DNA from: an uncultured Gemmataceae bacterium
GTDB lineage: Bacteria > Planctomycetota > Planctomycetia > Gemmatales > Gemmataceae
Assembly (NCBI GenBank): GCA_963750165.1
Contig: CAVVPN010000012.1
Location: forward strand, 32,001-96,000
Length of the DNA stretch: 64,000 bases
Direction: 5' to 3'
Shown here: positions 43,594 through 55,359 of the stretch, piece by piece
How positions within the stretch are numbered: position 1 is the stretch's first letter
Layout of the letters: the number at the start of each line of letters is the position of its first letter
Notes under the pieces: model-generated
Database searches by the model: none
Seen by the model: only the letters and a program-made list of their open reading frames with translations
Told to the model about the DNA's origin: nothing
Made by a program: the position numbers and the translations under genes

Positions 43594-44303
43594 TTTTCAG
43601 TCTCCCATGCGGGTGAAGAGGCCGGGCGGTCCTCAGGTGAAAGGGGGCGCTTCAACCAACGAGCGCCCGGGCACAGACGGCGACAACCGGGGGAGTAACT
43701 TCGCAGACATGCTGTCTGATCGTGGGCCGTCCGTGCCATCCCGGGGGCAACATGGTTGGCGGGGGCAGTGGGTTCGCCAGCAGGACAGGTCCGCGACGAG
43801 CCACCGACAGCGGCGAGTGCGAGTTCCGGTCGCTTCATCCGAGGACGGAAAACCGACCGCCCTGGGTCGTGTCCCGGTCAGCGGGCGGGGACACAACAGA
43901 TGGTATCGTCCATGAGGAACCAGGATCATTCATTGTTTCAAGGTGCGAAAAGGATTTTGCCCTGAGTCCAACGACAATGGTGGCACAACCTTACCCGCCT
44001 GACAACTTTACATGGCCCTGCATGAGGACCGGCGCCGCCGGCCCTGGGTTGGCAGTCGCCGGGGATACCGGCTGCGCGGTTGCCGGTGGGTTGAAGTGCT
44101 GGCGCTACTGGGTGACGCTCAGGGGCGCCTTCTTGTGGAGATGATAACATCCGGCCCTGCGGTTGTCCCGGCAATATTGATTAAAAATGGGTAAGCTGCA
44201 ACGGGTTTTCGGTCCAGTCGCTTGCCAGGGGAGGAGATGCCGGTTTTAGCGAATCAGCTGGTTGATGCACCGTTTCGTTCCGCCGCAGCACTCGGCTGAC
44301 TGC

Positions 44304-44343
44304 CTGGTTGTGGCCCGATCTCCGAAGACCGGGCCACAACCAG
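44304..44343. terminator. Hairpin downstream of WD40 gene
   Basis: ctggttgtggcccg / cgggccacaaccag. Confidence 0.55.
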
Positions 44344-44402
44344 CGATACGGCGGCAGGTTTCGGGCCGCGCCTTTGGAAACGGTGGGACATTCCCCCGGC
44401 GG

Positions 44403-46447
44403 CTACTTCGCGAGGAGCCGCGCCAGCAGGCCGGGGCGGTGAAACCGCTGTCGCGTCGCCTCGTCCTCGAGCCGCCGGAGGGTGCCCTCCTGCCGCCAGG
44501 CTAGCCGCTGCTGACCGCCCGGCGAACCATCGAAGAAGCCGTTGGGCGTGACCACCAACCAGTCCTTGCCACCGTCGAGGCTGAGCAGGGCGCACCGTTC
44601 CTTGCCGGTGGCGGCGTCCCAGAGCCGCACCGTGCCGTCCGCAGACGCGGTCCAGACGTGCTTGCTGTCGCCACTCAGTGTCGCACTTCGGACCATGTCG
44701 GTGTGCCCCTGAAAGGTCCGGAGCCGGCTGCCCGTCGCCGTCTCCCACAGGATCGCTGTCGTATCCCAGGACGCCGTCAGCAGCAGCTTGCCGTCGCCGC
44801 TCAGGCTCACGTGCGTCACGGATCGGTCGTGCCCCTTGAAGGTGTGCAGCAATTTGCCCGTGGCCGTCTCCCAGAGCAGCGCCGTGTTGTCCTGCGCCCC
44901 CGTGGCCAGCAGTTTGCCGTCGGTGCTCAGGCGCACGCTCATGATCTGACGGGTGTGGCCCTTGAAGGTCCGAAGCCGGTTGCCCGTGGTGGCCTCCCAC
45001 AGCATCGCCGTTTTGTCTGGGGAGCCCGTCGCCAGCAGTTTGCCGTCGCCGCTCAGGCTCGTACCCCAGATCCACTGGCTGTGACCCTGCACGGTCTGCA
45101 ATCGCTTGCCCGTGGCCGTCTCCCACAGGGCCGCCGTCTTGTCGAAGGACCCCGTGGCCAGGAATTTGCCGTCGGCACTCAGGCTCACGTCGTAAACGTA
45201 ACCGGCGTGTCCCCGGAAGGTCTGGAGCTGCTTGCCAGTGACCGCGTCCCACAGGATCGCCGTCCGGTCAAAGCAGCCCGTGGCCAGGCGGCGGCCGTCG
45301 CCGCTGAAACTCACGCTCCAGACGATGCCGGTGTGCCCGCGCAAGGTCCGGGCGCCTTGCCGGTGGCCGGCTCCCACAGGACGACCGTCCCGTCCTGCGC
45401 CCCGGTCGCCAACCAGCGTCCGTCACCACTCACGCCCACGCTCTGGATCGGTTCCACGTACCCCTGGAAGGTGTGGACCTTGTCGGCGGTGGCCGCGTCC
45501 CACAGGACCGCGGTCCGGTCCGACGCCCCGGTGATCACGTGCTTGCCGTCGGCACTGAGGCCCACGTGTCGGACCGCCAGGGTGTGGCCCCGAAAGGTCT
45601 GGAGTTTCCTGCCAGTGGCCGCGTCCCACAGGACCGCCGTTTTGTCCTGCGAGCCGGTGACCAGGCGTTTGCCGTCGCCGCTCAACCACACCGTCGTGAC
45701 CCCGCTTTTGTGGCCGTCGAAGGTCCGGACCAGTTTGCCGGTGGCCGTGTCCCACAGGCCCGCCGTGGTGTCCTTTTCAGACGCCGTCGCCAGGAGCTTG
45801 CCGTCACCGCTCAGGCTCACGCCCGTGATTCGGGCCGCGTGGCCCTGGATGACCCGGAGCTTTTTGCCGGTGGCTGTCTCCCACAAAACCACCGTTTTGT
45901 CGAGCGCTCCCGTGGCCAGGAGCTGGCCGTCACCACTCAGGCTCACGCTGGAGACAAAGTTCGTGTGGCCCTTGAAGGTCTGGAGCCGGTTGCCCGTGGC
46001 GGTCTCCCACAAGGTTGCCGTGTTGTCCCCCGCCCCCAGGGCCAGAAGTTTGCCGTCGCCGCTCAGGTGGACGCTGTTGATCCCGTTGAATTTCTCCCCC
46101 TCGAACACCCGAAGCTTGGTGCCGGTGGCCGTCTCCCAGAGGATCGCCTTGCCGTCAATGGACGCCGTGACCAGGTGCTTGCCGTCGCCGCTCAGACTCA
46201 CGCCCATGACCCAGTGACTGTGGCCCGAAAAGGTCCGGAGCTTTTTCCCTGCAGCCGCCTCCCACAGGATGGCTGTCCCGTCAACGGACCCCGTGGCCAG
46301 GAGCTTGCCGTCGCCGCTCAGGCTCACACCCGTGAGCGCGCTACTGTGGCCCGTCGGCAGAATCGGCTGGAGTTGCACCTGTGCGGCCGGGGCGAGACCT
46401 TGCCAGGCGACCAGCACCAGGAAGGACAAACAGGGGACGCAGCACAT
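44403..46447 (-). CDS. Secreted WD40-repeat protein, ~14 highly similar repeats (frameshift ~45350)
   Basis: GH....V.LSGDGKLLATGS.D.TA.LWETATG repeats; C-terminal WLVVTPNGFFDGS. Confidence 0.9.
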
Positions 46448-46576
46448 AACAGGGTTCCTCGGAGTAGTTGGAGGCTCGTCGCGCCGGAAACGTGGTTGGC
46501 GACTTGCACCGATTGGTAACCGATTCTGCGCCGGCCCGCAACTATTTCGTGGAACAGGTTGCGCTGTCGTCAAGGG

Positions 46577-46643
46577 TGCCCAATCTCGACGTGTGAAAAA
46601 GTTGGCCCCCTTGGCAGTCTTGGCCCCCTTGCTGTGGCAACCC
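46577..46643. repeat. Third copy of the dispersed ~65-bp repeat
   Basis: aatctcgacgtgtgaaaaagttggcccccttggc identical to the copy at ~19596. Confidence 0.85.
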
Positions 46644-46708
46644 ACGCCACCCGGCGCCACTGCGGGATCCCTGCACCGCCAGGCGCACCACGGCGAAGTC
46701 TGATTCGG

Positions 46709-47563
46709 TCATCTATTCCCGTCTTTCTTGAGTTCCGGCCGGTCCTTCAGCGGCGCTGAGCGGCGCTGGTCATAGCGGACGTAGCGGAACTTCGACTGGC
46801 GGTAGACCTCATCCACGAGCGCGAACAGGTCGGGGTCATACTTCTTGAGCTTTTCGCGGGTGTTGGCGCCGAACTGCGGCCGCATGCAGTCGAAGTAAGC
46901 CTGCGCGCCCTCGGCCCAGTATTCGCTGTGGTTGGTGGCCACATAGGTGCCCTTCCACAGTCCCTTTTCCATCGCCTTTTTGTAGGCCGCGCGCAGCCGC
47001 TTGTCGAACGTGGGATCGACCGACCGCAGGCCCTGCTGGTGGATGGCGTGGTTGAATTCGTGGATGAGGATGTTCTCCTGCTTGTAGCGGTCACCCTTGA
47101 GGTTGAGCAGGTTTTCCTCGCCGCAGGATGAGAGCTTGCCGCCCAGACCGCGGGCGCGCTTGTCCCAGTACGCCTTGTCCATGTGCCGCTGTTCCGGCAC
47201 GTCGGTGGTCATCTCGGTGGGCGCCATCACCATGAATCGGCAGCCGGTCTTGATCATGGCCTTGAGGATGTCCTCACGCTCGCCGAGGAGCTTGTCGATG
47301 AGGTGACGGGCTTCCAGCAGAGCCGCGTCGGACACCTTCGCCGAGCTGAGGATCGAGAAGCCCTTGTAATCGACGTGCTTCTTGTAGAAGGTGGTGTCGA
47401 GTTTGTATTTCTTGACCACCGCCTCGGGCACCGCGGTGACCCTGGGCTCGGCGGCTTTTTTGTCCGGTTGGGGCGGCGAAACCGCCGGCACGGCACCGGC
47501 CACCAGGAAAAGCAGGGAACCGGCCAGCGCCTTGCCGCGGATGTTGCTCAACGGTTGCGACAT
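46709..47563 (-). CDS. Secreted HExxH zinc-metallopeptidase-like protein
   Basis: Signal peptide; RARGLGG, GEENLL, IHEFNHAIH, EYWAEG. Confidence 0.75.
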   Translation of the reverse strand: MSQPLSNIRGKALAGSLLFLVAGAVPAVSPPQPDKKAAEPRVTAVPEAVVKKYKLDTTFYKKHVDYKGFSILSSAKVSDAALLEARHLIDKLLGEREDILKAMIKTGCRFMVMAPTEMTTDVPEQRHMDKAYWDKRARGLGGKLSSCGEENLLNLKGDRYKQENILIHEFNHAIHQQGLRSVDPTFDKRLRAAYKKAMEKGLWKGTYVATNHSEYWAEGAQAYFDCMRPQFGANTREKLKKYDPDLFALVDEVYRQSKFRYVRYDQRRSAPLKDRPELKKDGNR

Positions 47564-47604
47564 GAAAGCACCTTTGGTAACGGTCGGTTCGAGTGCTGTC
47601 TTTG

Positions 47605-47666
47605 GTCGGAGCCCGAGCGCCAGCGCGGGGCAGCGCTTGGCCCCGCGCTGGCGCTCGAGCTCCGAC
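47605..47666. repeat. REP-like palindrome
   Basis: gtcggagcccgagcgccagcgcgggg ... ccccgcgctggcgctcgagctccgac; same family as 9648-9696. Confidence 0.8.
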
Positions 47667-47695
47667 TAACCACGAATGGTCAGGGCGATTCCATA

Positions 47696-49586
47696 TCAGC
47701 GCGCCGGCAGGCCCCACAGGCGGACGGTGTTGTCGTTGCCGCCCGACAGCGCCCGGCGGCCGTCCCATGAGAATGCCACCGCCAGTACGCTGCCCGTGTG
47801 GCCGTTGAAGCGCTGGATCTCCTTGCCGGTCGCCACGTCCCACAGGCGCACCGAGTTGTCACTGTGGCCGGTCAACACGCGGCGGCCATCGGGGGACACC
47901 GCCAGGGCCTTGGACAGGTCTGCGTTGGAGCCAATGAAACGCTTGATCTCCTTGCCGGTCTCGATCTCCCACATGCGCGGCACCGCGTCGCCGCAGGTGA
48001 ACACATAACGGCTGTCGGCCGAAAACGCCACGGAGTTCGTGTAGTCGGTCGGCCCGGTGATCTCACGCACCTTGTTGCCGGTCGCGAAATCGTGGATGAG
48101 CACGGTGCGGTCGGCGCTGCCCGAGGCGACATACTTCATGTCGGGCGAGAAGGCGACACCGTAGGCGTAGCCGCTGTGGCCGGCGTAACGGCGTACCTCC
48201 TGACCGGACCTCAGGTCCCACAGCCGCACGTTGTAGTCGTCGCAGCCGGTCAGCAGCCAGCGGCCGTCGCGCGACACGGCGACGCCGTTCACGTCCTTGG
48301 GATGGACGAACGTCTTCAACTCCTTGCCGGTCTCCAGTTCCCACAGCTTGACGGTGCCATCCCAGCTGGCCGACAACGGTTGGCCTGCCGGCGTGAAGGC
48401 ACAGCCCCAGACTTCCTTGGAGTGACCCTGGAAGCTGCGCACCTCCTTGCCGCTGGCCAGGTCCCACAGCCGCATGGTGGTGTCCACGCTGCCGGACAGG
48501 CCGTACTTGCCGTTGGGCGAGAAGGCGACGCACTTGACCTCGCGCGTGTGGCCGGTGAACTCCTTGAGCGGCCCGGGTTTGACCGGCGGCCCGATCACGA
48601 TCTCCGTCGAGTTGAGGCCGGCGATCTGTTGCAGCCGCTTCTCGGCCTTGGTGCGGTTGATGCCGGCCAGGTTGCCGATGGCTTGCTCGTACCAGTGGCC
48701 GGGCGCAACTTCATACCCGTGGCCACAGGCCCTTTTTCGTTGGCGGCCAGATACCACCAGCCGTCCGCGACCGCCAGCTGGCCCGCCCCGTCCTGCGGCT
48801 TGCCGAGGTCCTTCCTGGCCTGAGCCCGGAGGTTCGGGTCGGACCCGCGGGCCAGGTAGGGCAGGCCGCGGTTCCACTTGTGTTTGAGCAGCGCGAAGTA
48901 TTTGCCCAGTTCGAGGTTGGCCTCCGCGTCCTTGGGGTCCTGCTTGAGACGGTCGAGGAACGCCTGCATTTTGGCGAAGCCCTTCTCGAGGGCGCGACAT
49001 CCTCGACGCGCTTCTGGACGCTGAAGGCCAGAGACGAGGAGCCGGACTTCTTGACGGCCTTGAGGGCGACGGCGCCCAGGGCGTGGGCGGCGGGGTAGTT
49101 GTCCTGGTCGATGGCCTCGGCGAGCAGGGTCAGGCAGGTGTCCGTCAGGGAGCGGGCCGCCGCCTTGTCGGCGAGATGATGGGCGACGAGGTCGAGGATA
49201 ATGGCCTTGGTCTGAAGGACGGGCAGGTCGAATTCGCGCGTGGCCGCCTCGGTGGCCTGCAGGGTGAGCGCGGCATCGCCGGCCTGGGCGGCGAGTTCGG
49301 CGGCACGGCGGTACAGCAGGAAGCGGACGGCGGGGTTGTCGCGGAGTTCACGGCCTTCCTTGAGGAGCTGTTCAGCCAGCCGGGTGCGGGCGGCGGCGTC
49401 CTTCGCGGCGTCAAGGTCTTCCTGGAAGATTTCCCGGATGAGCTTGTCGGCGTTCTCCAGGGCGTCGGCGGCGGGAACGGGCAGGCGCTGGTTGCCATCC
49501 TGGGCGGAAGCGGCGGTCAACACAAACAGGGTGAACAACAACGCGAAGAGCCAGCGCCCCAGGCGCGCAGGGGAGAAGTATTGCAT
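47696..49586 (-). CDS. Secreted helical + WD40-repeat protein (frameshifts ~48995 and ~48705)
   Basis: Signal peptide, helical region (ANLELGKY..WNRGLPYLA), seven WD40 repeats. Confidence 0.85.
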
Positions 49587-49623
49587 GGAACCCTCGTCCA
49601 AAGGTGTCAACGCGAAACCACAG

Positions 49624-49696
49624 CAGGGCAGGAGGGACTTGAACCCCCGACCGGCGGATTAGAAATCCGCTGCTCTATCCCCTGAGCTACTGCCCC
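49624..49696 (-). tRNA. tRNA-Arg (TCT)
   Basis: Reverse complement GGGGCAGTAGCTCAGGGGATAGAGCA-GCGGA-TT TCT AA-TCCGC-CGGTCGGGGGTTCAAGTCCCTCCTGCCCTG. Confidence 0.97.
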
Positions 49697-49847
49697 AACA
49701 TATTCATTTACTGGAGTTTACTGAATTTCTTTTCTTCAGCCTACTTTGCTTTACACCCGATTCTACACCCGGTATACTTGGAATAGTGGCCGACCGTTGG
49801 CGCGGTCGGCCGTGAACACAGCAACGCGGTTTCAGGAGCCCGTTGCC

Positions 49848-51050
49848 ATGTCCGAGGACCATTCTACTCCCACCCCTACCGGCAGCAAACCAGAAAAGCC
49901 CTACGCTGAATTCCCGCTCTTTCCGCACGCGGCCGGCGTGTGGGCCAAAAAGATTCGCGGCAAGATGCACTACTTCGGGCCGTGGGCAGACCCCGACGCC
50001 GCCCTGGCGAAGTACCTGGAGCAGAAAGACTCCCTGCACGCCGGCCTCAAGCCGCGTCCCGATTCGAACGCGCTGGTGGTCAAGGCGCTGGTCAACGAGT
50101 TCCTCAACCACAAGACCGCACTGATGGACGCCGGCGAGTTGTCCCCCCGTACCTGGGAGGACTACAAGGTGGCGACGGATGAGGTGGTCAGTCAGTTCGG
50201 CAAGAACCGCGTGGTGGCGGACCTGGGGCCGGATGATTTCGCGGCGCTGCGAAACCGGATGACCCGGAAGTGGGGGCCGCATCGCCTGGGCAAAACCGTC
50301 CAGTGCGTCCGCAGCGTGTTCAAGTACGGTTTCGATTCCGGGTTGATGGACAAGCCCATGCGCTTCGGGCCGGGGTTCGCCAGGCCCAGCAAGAAGACGA
50401 TGCGCTTGGAACGAGCGAGACAGGGGCCGAAGTTGTTCACGGCCGAAGAGGTCCGGCGCCTGATCGGCGCCGCCGGCCAACCGCTCAAGGCCATGATCCT
50501 GCTGGGCATCAACGCCGCCCTCGACAACGGCGACTGTGGCACGCTGCCGTTGACGGCAGTGAATTTGGAAACAGGCTGGCTCGACTACCCAAGGCCGAAG
50601 ACAGGCGTTCCCCGCCGCTGTCCGCTCTGGCCTGAGACGGTGGCCGCGGTCAAAGAAGCGCTGGTCAGGCGCCCGACTCCGAAAGCCCCGGCCGACGCTG
50701 CACTCGCCTTTGTGACGAAGTACGGCGACGGCTGGGCCAAGGACACGAGCGACAACCCCGTCAGCAAGGAGATGCGCAAATTGCTCGACGCGCTCGGCAT
50801 CCACAACAAGAAGGGGTTGGGGTTCTACACCCTCCGCCACACCTTCCGCACCGTGGCCGACGAGGCGAAGGACCAGCCGGCGGCCGACTTCATCATGGGC
50901 CATGAGGTGGCTCACGTGAGCAGCGTCTACCGCGAGACGATCAGCGATGCGCGGCTGAAGGCCGTCACCGACCACGTTCGCGCCTGGCTGTTCCCGCCGG
51001 CCCAGATTGGTCCCGCCAAACCGCAACCGGGAGCCAGCGAGGAAGAGTAG
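49848..51050 (+). CDS. Tyrosine recombinase / phage integrase
   Basis: AGGAG SD; arm-like WAKKIRGKMHYFG; RPKTG, FYTLRHTFRT, MGH, SVYRE. Confidence 0.93.
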   Translation: MSEDHSTPTPTGSKPEKPYAEFPLFPHAAGVWAKKIRGKMHYFGPWADPDAALAKYLEQKDSLHAGLKPRPDSNALVVKALVNEFLNHKTALMDAGELSPRTWEDYKVATDEVVSQFGKNRVVADLGPDDFAALRNRMTRKWGPHRLGKTVQCVRSVFKYGFDSGLMDKPMRFGPGFARPSKKTMRLERARQGPKLFTAEEVRRLIGAAGQPLKAMILLGINAALDNGDCGTLPLTAVNLETGWLDYPRPKTGVPRRCPLWPETVAAVKEALVRRPTPKAPADAALAFVTKYGDGWAKDTSDNPVSKEMRKLLDALGIHNKKGLGFYTLRHTFRTVADEAKDQPAADFIMGHEVAHVSSVYRETISDARLKAVTDHVRAWLFPPAQIGPAKPQPGASEEE

Positions 51051-51155
51051 AATGGAGCGGGACGCCGGGAGTCATGACCCGGTGGCTCTCCCCGCGGACG
51101 TGGCCCCTCTGGCGCGCACGCGGGGAGGGCGCTGCCCACGCCACCGGAGGGTTCT

Positions 51156-52223
51156 ATGCCGCGCCAACGCAAGCGAGACTCTTTCACTCCTGCCGTACCG
51201 ACTCGCCAAAACGAAAAGCCACCCGAGGCGGAAGGGGCAGACCTCCGCCGGTTGGTGTTTCTCTTGGAAAAAACCCGAAAGTGCTTGCGTGACGAGCCGG
51301 CCAAGGTCTTCCGACCAATCCCGGAGCATTTCACGTCCTTTAACCTGGTGGAAGTGAACCGGCTGGATGGCCGCACCGTGTTCGCCCATGAGCGCATCGA
51401 GAGCGACCTCCAGAACGGTGACCGCATTCTGGTCGTCCATCGCCCCGACCGCGAGGAGACGCTTCACTGGCTCCTGGCGAGAAATCAATACTGGATCTGG
51501 CAACCTGATCCGGACAAGCTGGTCCGGACGATATTGGCCGTCGAGGCGTGGCAATTGTGGGCCGGGCGGTTAGCGCTTGGACGCCTTCACGCCGGAGCCC
51601 AACCTGCATCTGTGGCAGACGGCCCGGAGGGGCTGGCCCGGTGGCTCGGCGTTGAGAAAGCCCGCCTGTCGAACGCCTGTGTCCGGGGCTCCAACTTCAG
51701 GCCATCCCCCAAGAACGTGGACTCAATGTTGGAGGCCCTCTCTCTCGACCACCTCTGCTTCTTGCTCGACGTTGAGGAAATGTGGGTGAGGCTGAAACTG
51801 ACAGGCCGCGGAGATGTTCCCCCCTTACCGAGCCGGATCGGGGATTGCCTGAGTACGCTGGATGCGTTGGAAGAGGCGGAGAAGTGGTTGGGCTCCCCCT
51901 CTGCACCACCCGGCACACCACCGCGAGGCGGCGAACAGCAGCCGCGGCTCTGTTTCGACGAGGACACCCACACCTTCACCCTGGACGGCGTTCCCTACCC
52001 GGTGGAGAAACCCAAGGCGTTCGCACTGTACCGGGCAATCGCTGAGAAGCGCGACGACTCCGGGTACATCAAGGACACTGCACTGCAGGCGCTCATCCCC
52101 GGCACCCGCGGGGAAAAAACCATCCCCAGACTGTTGAAAACACTTCCGCAAGAACTCCAGGCCACTCTGCTTGAGGACAACCAAGGACGCTTCGTCCGGC
52201 TCCCGCGAAATGTCGGCGCATGA
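51156..52223 (+). CDS. Hypothetical protein, possible C-terminal winged HTH
   Basis: GGAGG SD; 355-aa ORF downstream of the integrase. Confidence 0.6.
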   Translation: MPRQRKRDSFTPAVPTRQNEKPPEAEGADLRRLVFLLEKTRKCLRDEPAKVFRPIPEHFTSFNLVEVNRLDGRTVFAHERIESDLQNGDRILVVHRPDREETLHWLLARNQYWIWQPDPDKLVRTILAVEAWQLWAGRLALGRLHAGAQPASVADGPEGLARWLGVEKARLSNACVRGSNFRPSPKNVDSMLEALSLDHLCFLLDVEEMWVRLKLTGRGDVPPLPSRIGDCLSTLDALEEAEKWLGSPSAPPGTPPRGGEQQPRLCFDEDTHTFTLDGVPYPVEKPKAFALYRAIAEKRDDSGYIKDTALQALIPGTRGEKTIPRLLKTLPQELQATLLEDNQGRFVRLPRNVGA

Positions 52224-52534
52224 CCCCAGCATGACCGGGCGCGACCGATTTAAGGCCCAGCAGTTTCCGTGTCTAATGCCTCCAGATGACGAGCCGATGT
52301 CACAGAGGCAACCATGGGAGCCACCGCATTCACAATCGAGCCCTGGGGGTGTATGACGACGGCAAGCTATACCTTGCCACCGGCGTCAACCCTCAAGCCC
52401 TAGCCCGCGCCAGGCGCGACGGCACCCTGCGGTTCGCGCAAAGGCAACCGCATCCTCTACCTTGGCGAGTGGGTAGTCGCCTGGCTCAAGTCCGGGGTCC
52501 ACCAAAGCGAACAACAGCCGGACGGGGGTGGCGC

Positions 52535-52834
52535 ATGACCCCCACACCACACCACGGCCTGACCGTCCGCGACGTGGCCCGCCGCTACCGAGTGGGCGAG
52601 GACAAGGTGCGCGGCTGGATCGCCCGCGGCGAACTGGCCGCCATCAACACCGCCGCCGTGCTCTGCGCCAAGCCGCGCTGGGTCATCCTACCCGAAGCGT
52701 TGGCCGCGTTTGAACAGCGGCGGCGGGGTGGCCCGCCGGCCAAGCCCGTGCCGCGGCGCCGGCGGCCGCAGGGGATGGTGGACTACTACCCCGATAACCC
52801 GTCACCCTCCAAAACAGAGAGGGCCGGCTCATGA
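52535..52834 (+). CDS. Excisionase-like HTH_17 protein
   Basis: LTVRDVARRYRVGEDKVRGWIARGELAAIN; ATGA-coupled to the primase. Confidence 0.85.
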   Translation: MTPTPHHGLTVRDVARRYRVGEDKVRGWIARGELAAINTAAVLCAKPRWVILPEALAAFEQRRRGGPPAKPVPRRRRPQGMVDYYPDNPSPSKTERAGS

Positions 52835-55353
52835 GCACCGCCACCGCCAACGGCGCGCACGTCAACGGCACTGGATACCCGAAGGTCGGCGACGCGGCCC
52901 GGCAACTCGTATCCCGCGGCTTCGCCGTGTGCAAGCCGGACCCTGGTGAGAAGAAGCCTACGTACAAGGGCTGGACTACCCGGTCCCTGACTCCGGAAGA
53001 GTTTTCCCCTGGGGACATGATCGGGGTGATCGGCGGCCCGCTCTCGGATGGCAACCGGCCGGGGCACGCGACCGTCATCGTGGATCTCGATTCGACGGCC
53101 GCGGTCGAGAAGGCCGACGAGTACCTTCCCGAGACCGGCATGGAGGACGGCCGCCCAGGTAAGCTACGGACCCATCGGTTCTACCTGGTCCCCCTGGCAA
53201 CGGTTCCCGAATGGGCGGAGAGCCAGGCCAAGCAAGCCGCCCCCGCCGCCAAAAAGAAGGCGGGGCATACCGGGCCGTTCAAGAAGGCGTTCAAGGACGC
53301 CCAGAGAAAGACCGCCATCGATTTCATAGGCACGGGCGGCCAGGTGGTGGCCCCGCCGAGCGTCTGGACCAACAAGGACGGGACCAGGCAGGAGGTCCGC
53401 GCGTGGGTCGGTGGTGAGCCGGGCGAGCCGGCCGTGGTGCCGTTCCCGGAGTTGTGGGAGGCGGTTTGCAGGTTGGCCGAGGCGTGCGACTGCAAGGCGC
53501 CGGACGTGGGCGAAGCCGGATCGGCTGAAGAATCGGAACCGGAATGGGAACCAACCCCAGACCCGAACCCGGACTCGGCCCCAGAACAGAACGGGCACTC
53601 TTCTTCCGGCACGTTCGTCCTGGTCGCCAGGTCCGAGGCGATGGTCCGGGCGTCGGCGTACCTGGCGAAGATGGACCCCGCCGTTTCCGGACACGACGGG
53701 CACGGCAGTTTGTTCAAGGCCGCCCGCGCCATGGAGCGGGGTTTCGACCTCGGGGTTGACGACGCCTTCGACATCCTCAAGCGCGAATACAACCCGCGAT
53801 GCCAACCGCTGTGGTCCGACGCCGAACTGAGGCACAAGTGCCAGCAGTCGAAAAGCACGCCCTACCGGAAGCCGCGGGGGTGGTTACTCCGGGACGGGTT
53901 TGCCAACTTCCGGGTGGTCATGAAGAAGGTGAAGGACAAGGCCGGCAACGTAGTGAAGGACGAGAGCGGGAAGGACGTGGAGCAAGAGGTCCGCGAGCCG
54001 CTGTCGGTCAACGCGATCCGGGAAAAACTGCTGACGCTGACGGACGGCTGGCCCAGGCGATGCGGCGGCATGCTCTTCGTCGAGGGGGAAGACCACACCC
54101 CATTGTGGCTTACCAAGCCGGACGAACTGTTCGCCTGGGTCAACGGCTGGTTCGACGGCGACCTGAACCGGGTGCTGTGACTCAAGGGGGTGAACTACGT
54201 CACCCAGGCGCAGTTCTTTGCGCACCTGCAGCAGGCCGCCGAGGCGTTCGACGCCGTGGAGGCGTTCCCGCACTACCCGCCGATGCCGCGGACGTACTAC
54301 ATGCACCCGGCCCTTCAGGGCGGAAACGGCGAAGCCCTGCGCCTGCTGCGGCGGCGGTTCAGCCCGTCTTCGTTGGAAGACGGCGACCTGATCCTGGCGT
54401 TCGTGCTCAGCCTGTTCTGGGGGGGCGAGCCGGGGCAACGGCCGGGGTGGATCGTCACGACTCTGGAGGGCGACAGCGGCGGCGGCCGCGGTGTGGGCAA
54501 GACCAAGCTGCCGCTGCTCCTGTCGCGCCTGCGCGGCGGCTGCGTGGCCGCGACCAGCACGGACAGCGCCGCCGACCTGAAGACGCGCCTGCTCTCCGTG
54601 GAGGGCATGAGCAAGGCCGTCGTGTTGCACGATAACGTGAAGTCCCACCGCTTCAGCAACGCGGACCTGGAAAGCCTCATCACGGACGACACCGTGAGCG
54701 GCAAGCGGCTGTACAACGGCGAAGGCCGCAGGCCCAACACGATTCACCACGTCATTACCTTGAACGGCGCGTCCTTGTCGAAGGATTTGGCCCAACGGTG
54801 CGTCCCGCTCAAGCTGGCCCGGCCGAAGTGGGATGGGGATTGGGAGCAGGGCACCATCGACCTGATTAACGCCCGGCGCTGGGAGATCATCGGCGACATC
54901 ATCGCGCTGTTGAAGGAGGAGGCCTCCCGAATCAAGACATGCACGCGCTGGGGGCCGTGGGAGCAGGCCATCCTGGCGCGGGTGGGCGACCCGAGCAACT
55001 GCCAGGCGGTCATCACAGAGCGGCAGGGCGAATTCGACGAGGACGCGGCAGAGGCGGACGTGGTCCGGGACGGGTTTGTCGCCGAGCTAAAGCGCCGGGG
55101 ACACAACTCGGAAACCGAAGCTGTGTGGATTCAGGTTCAGGACGTGGCGGTCATTGTGAACGCGGCCACGGGGGAGAAGCGCGTCACGAACAGGGCGACG
55201 GCGTACCTGCGAACACTGACCATCGCCGAGCTGCGGGAGAGCAAAACGGGCAAGGACGGCCGGGGGTGGTTGTGGACCGGCGCCAAGGCTGACCCCAGCG
55301 CCAAGCGCGTCCCGCTTCGGCCCGCCCCCCTCTCCCCTCTCGTCGCCGACTAG
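52831..55353 (+). CDS. Bifunctional primase-polymerase + P-loop helicase, with in-frame TGA at 54178-54180
   Basis: Prim-pol motifs (KKP, IVDLD, HRFY, GGQVVAPPS), PriCT-like YNPRCQPLWSDAELRHK, Walker A GRGVGKT; both ORFs are in the same frame. Confidence 0.8.
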
Positions 55354-55359
55354 CGGGCC

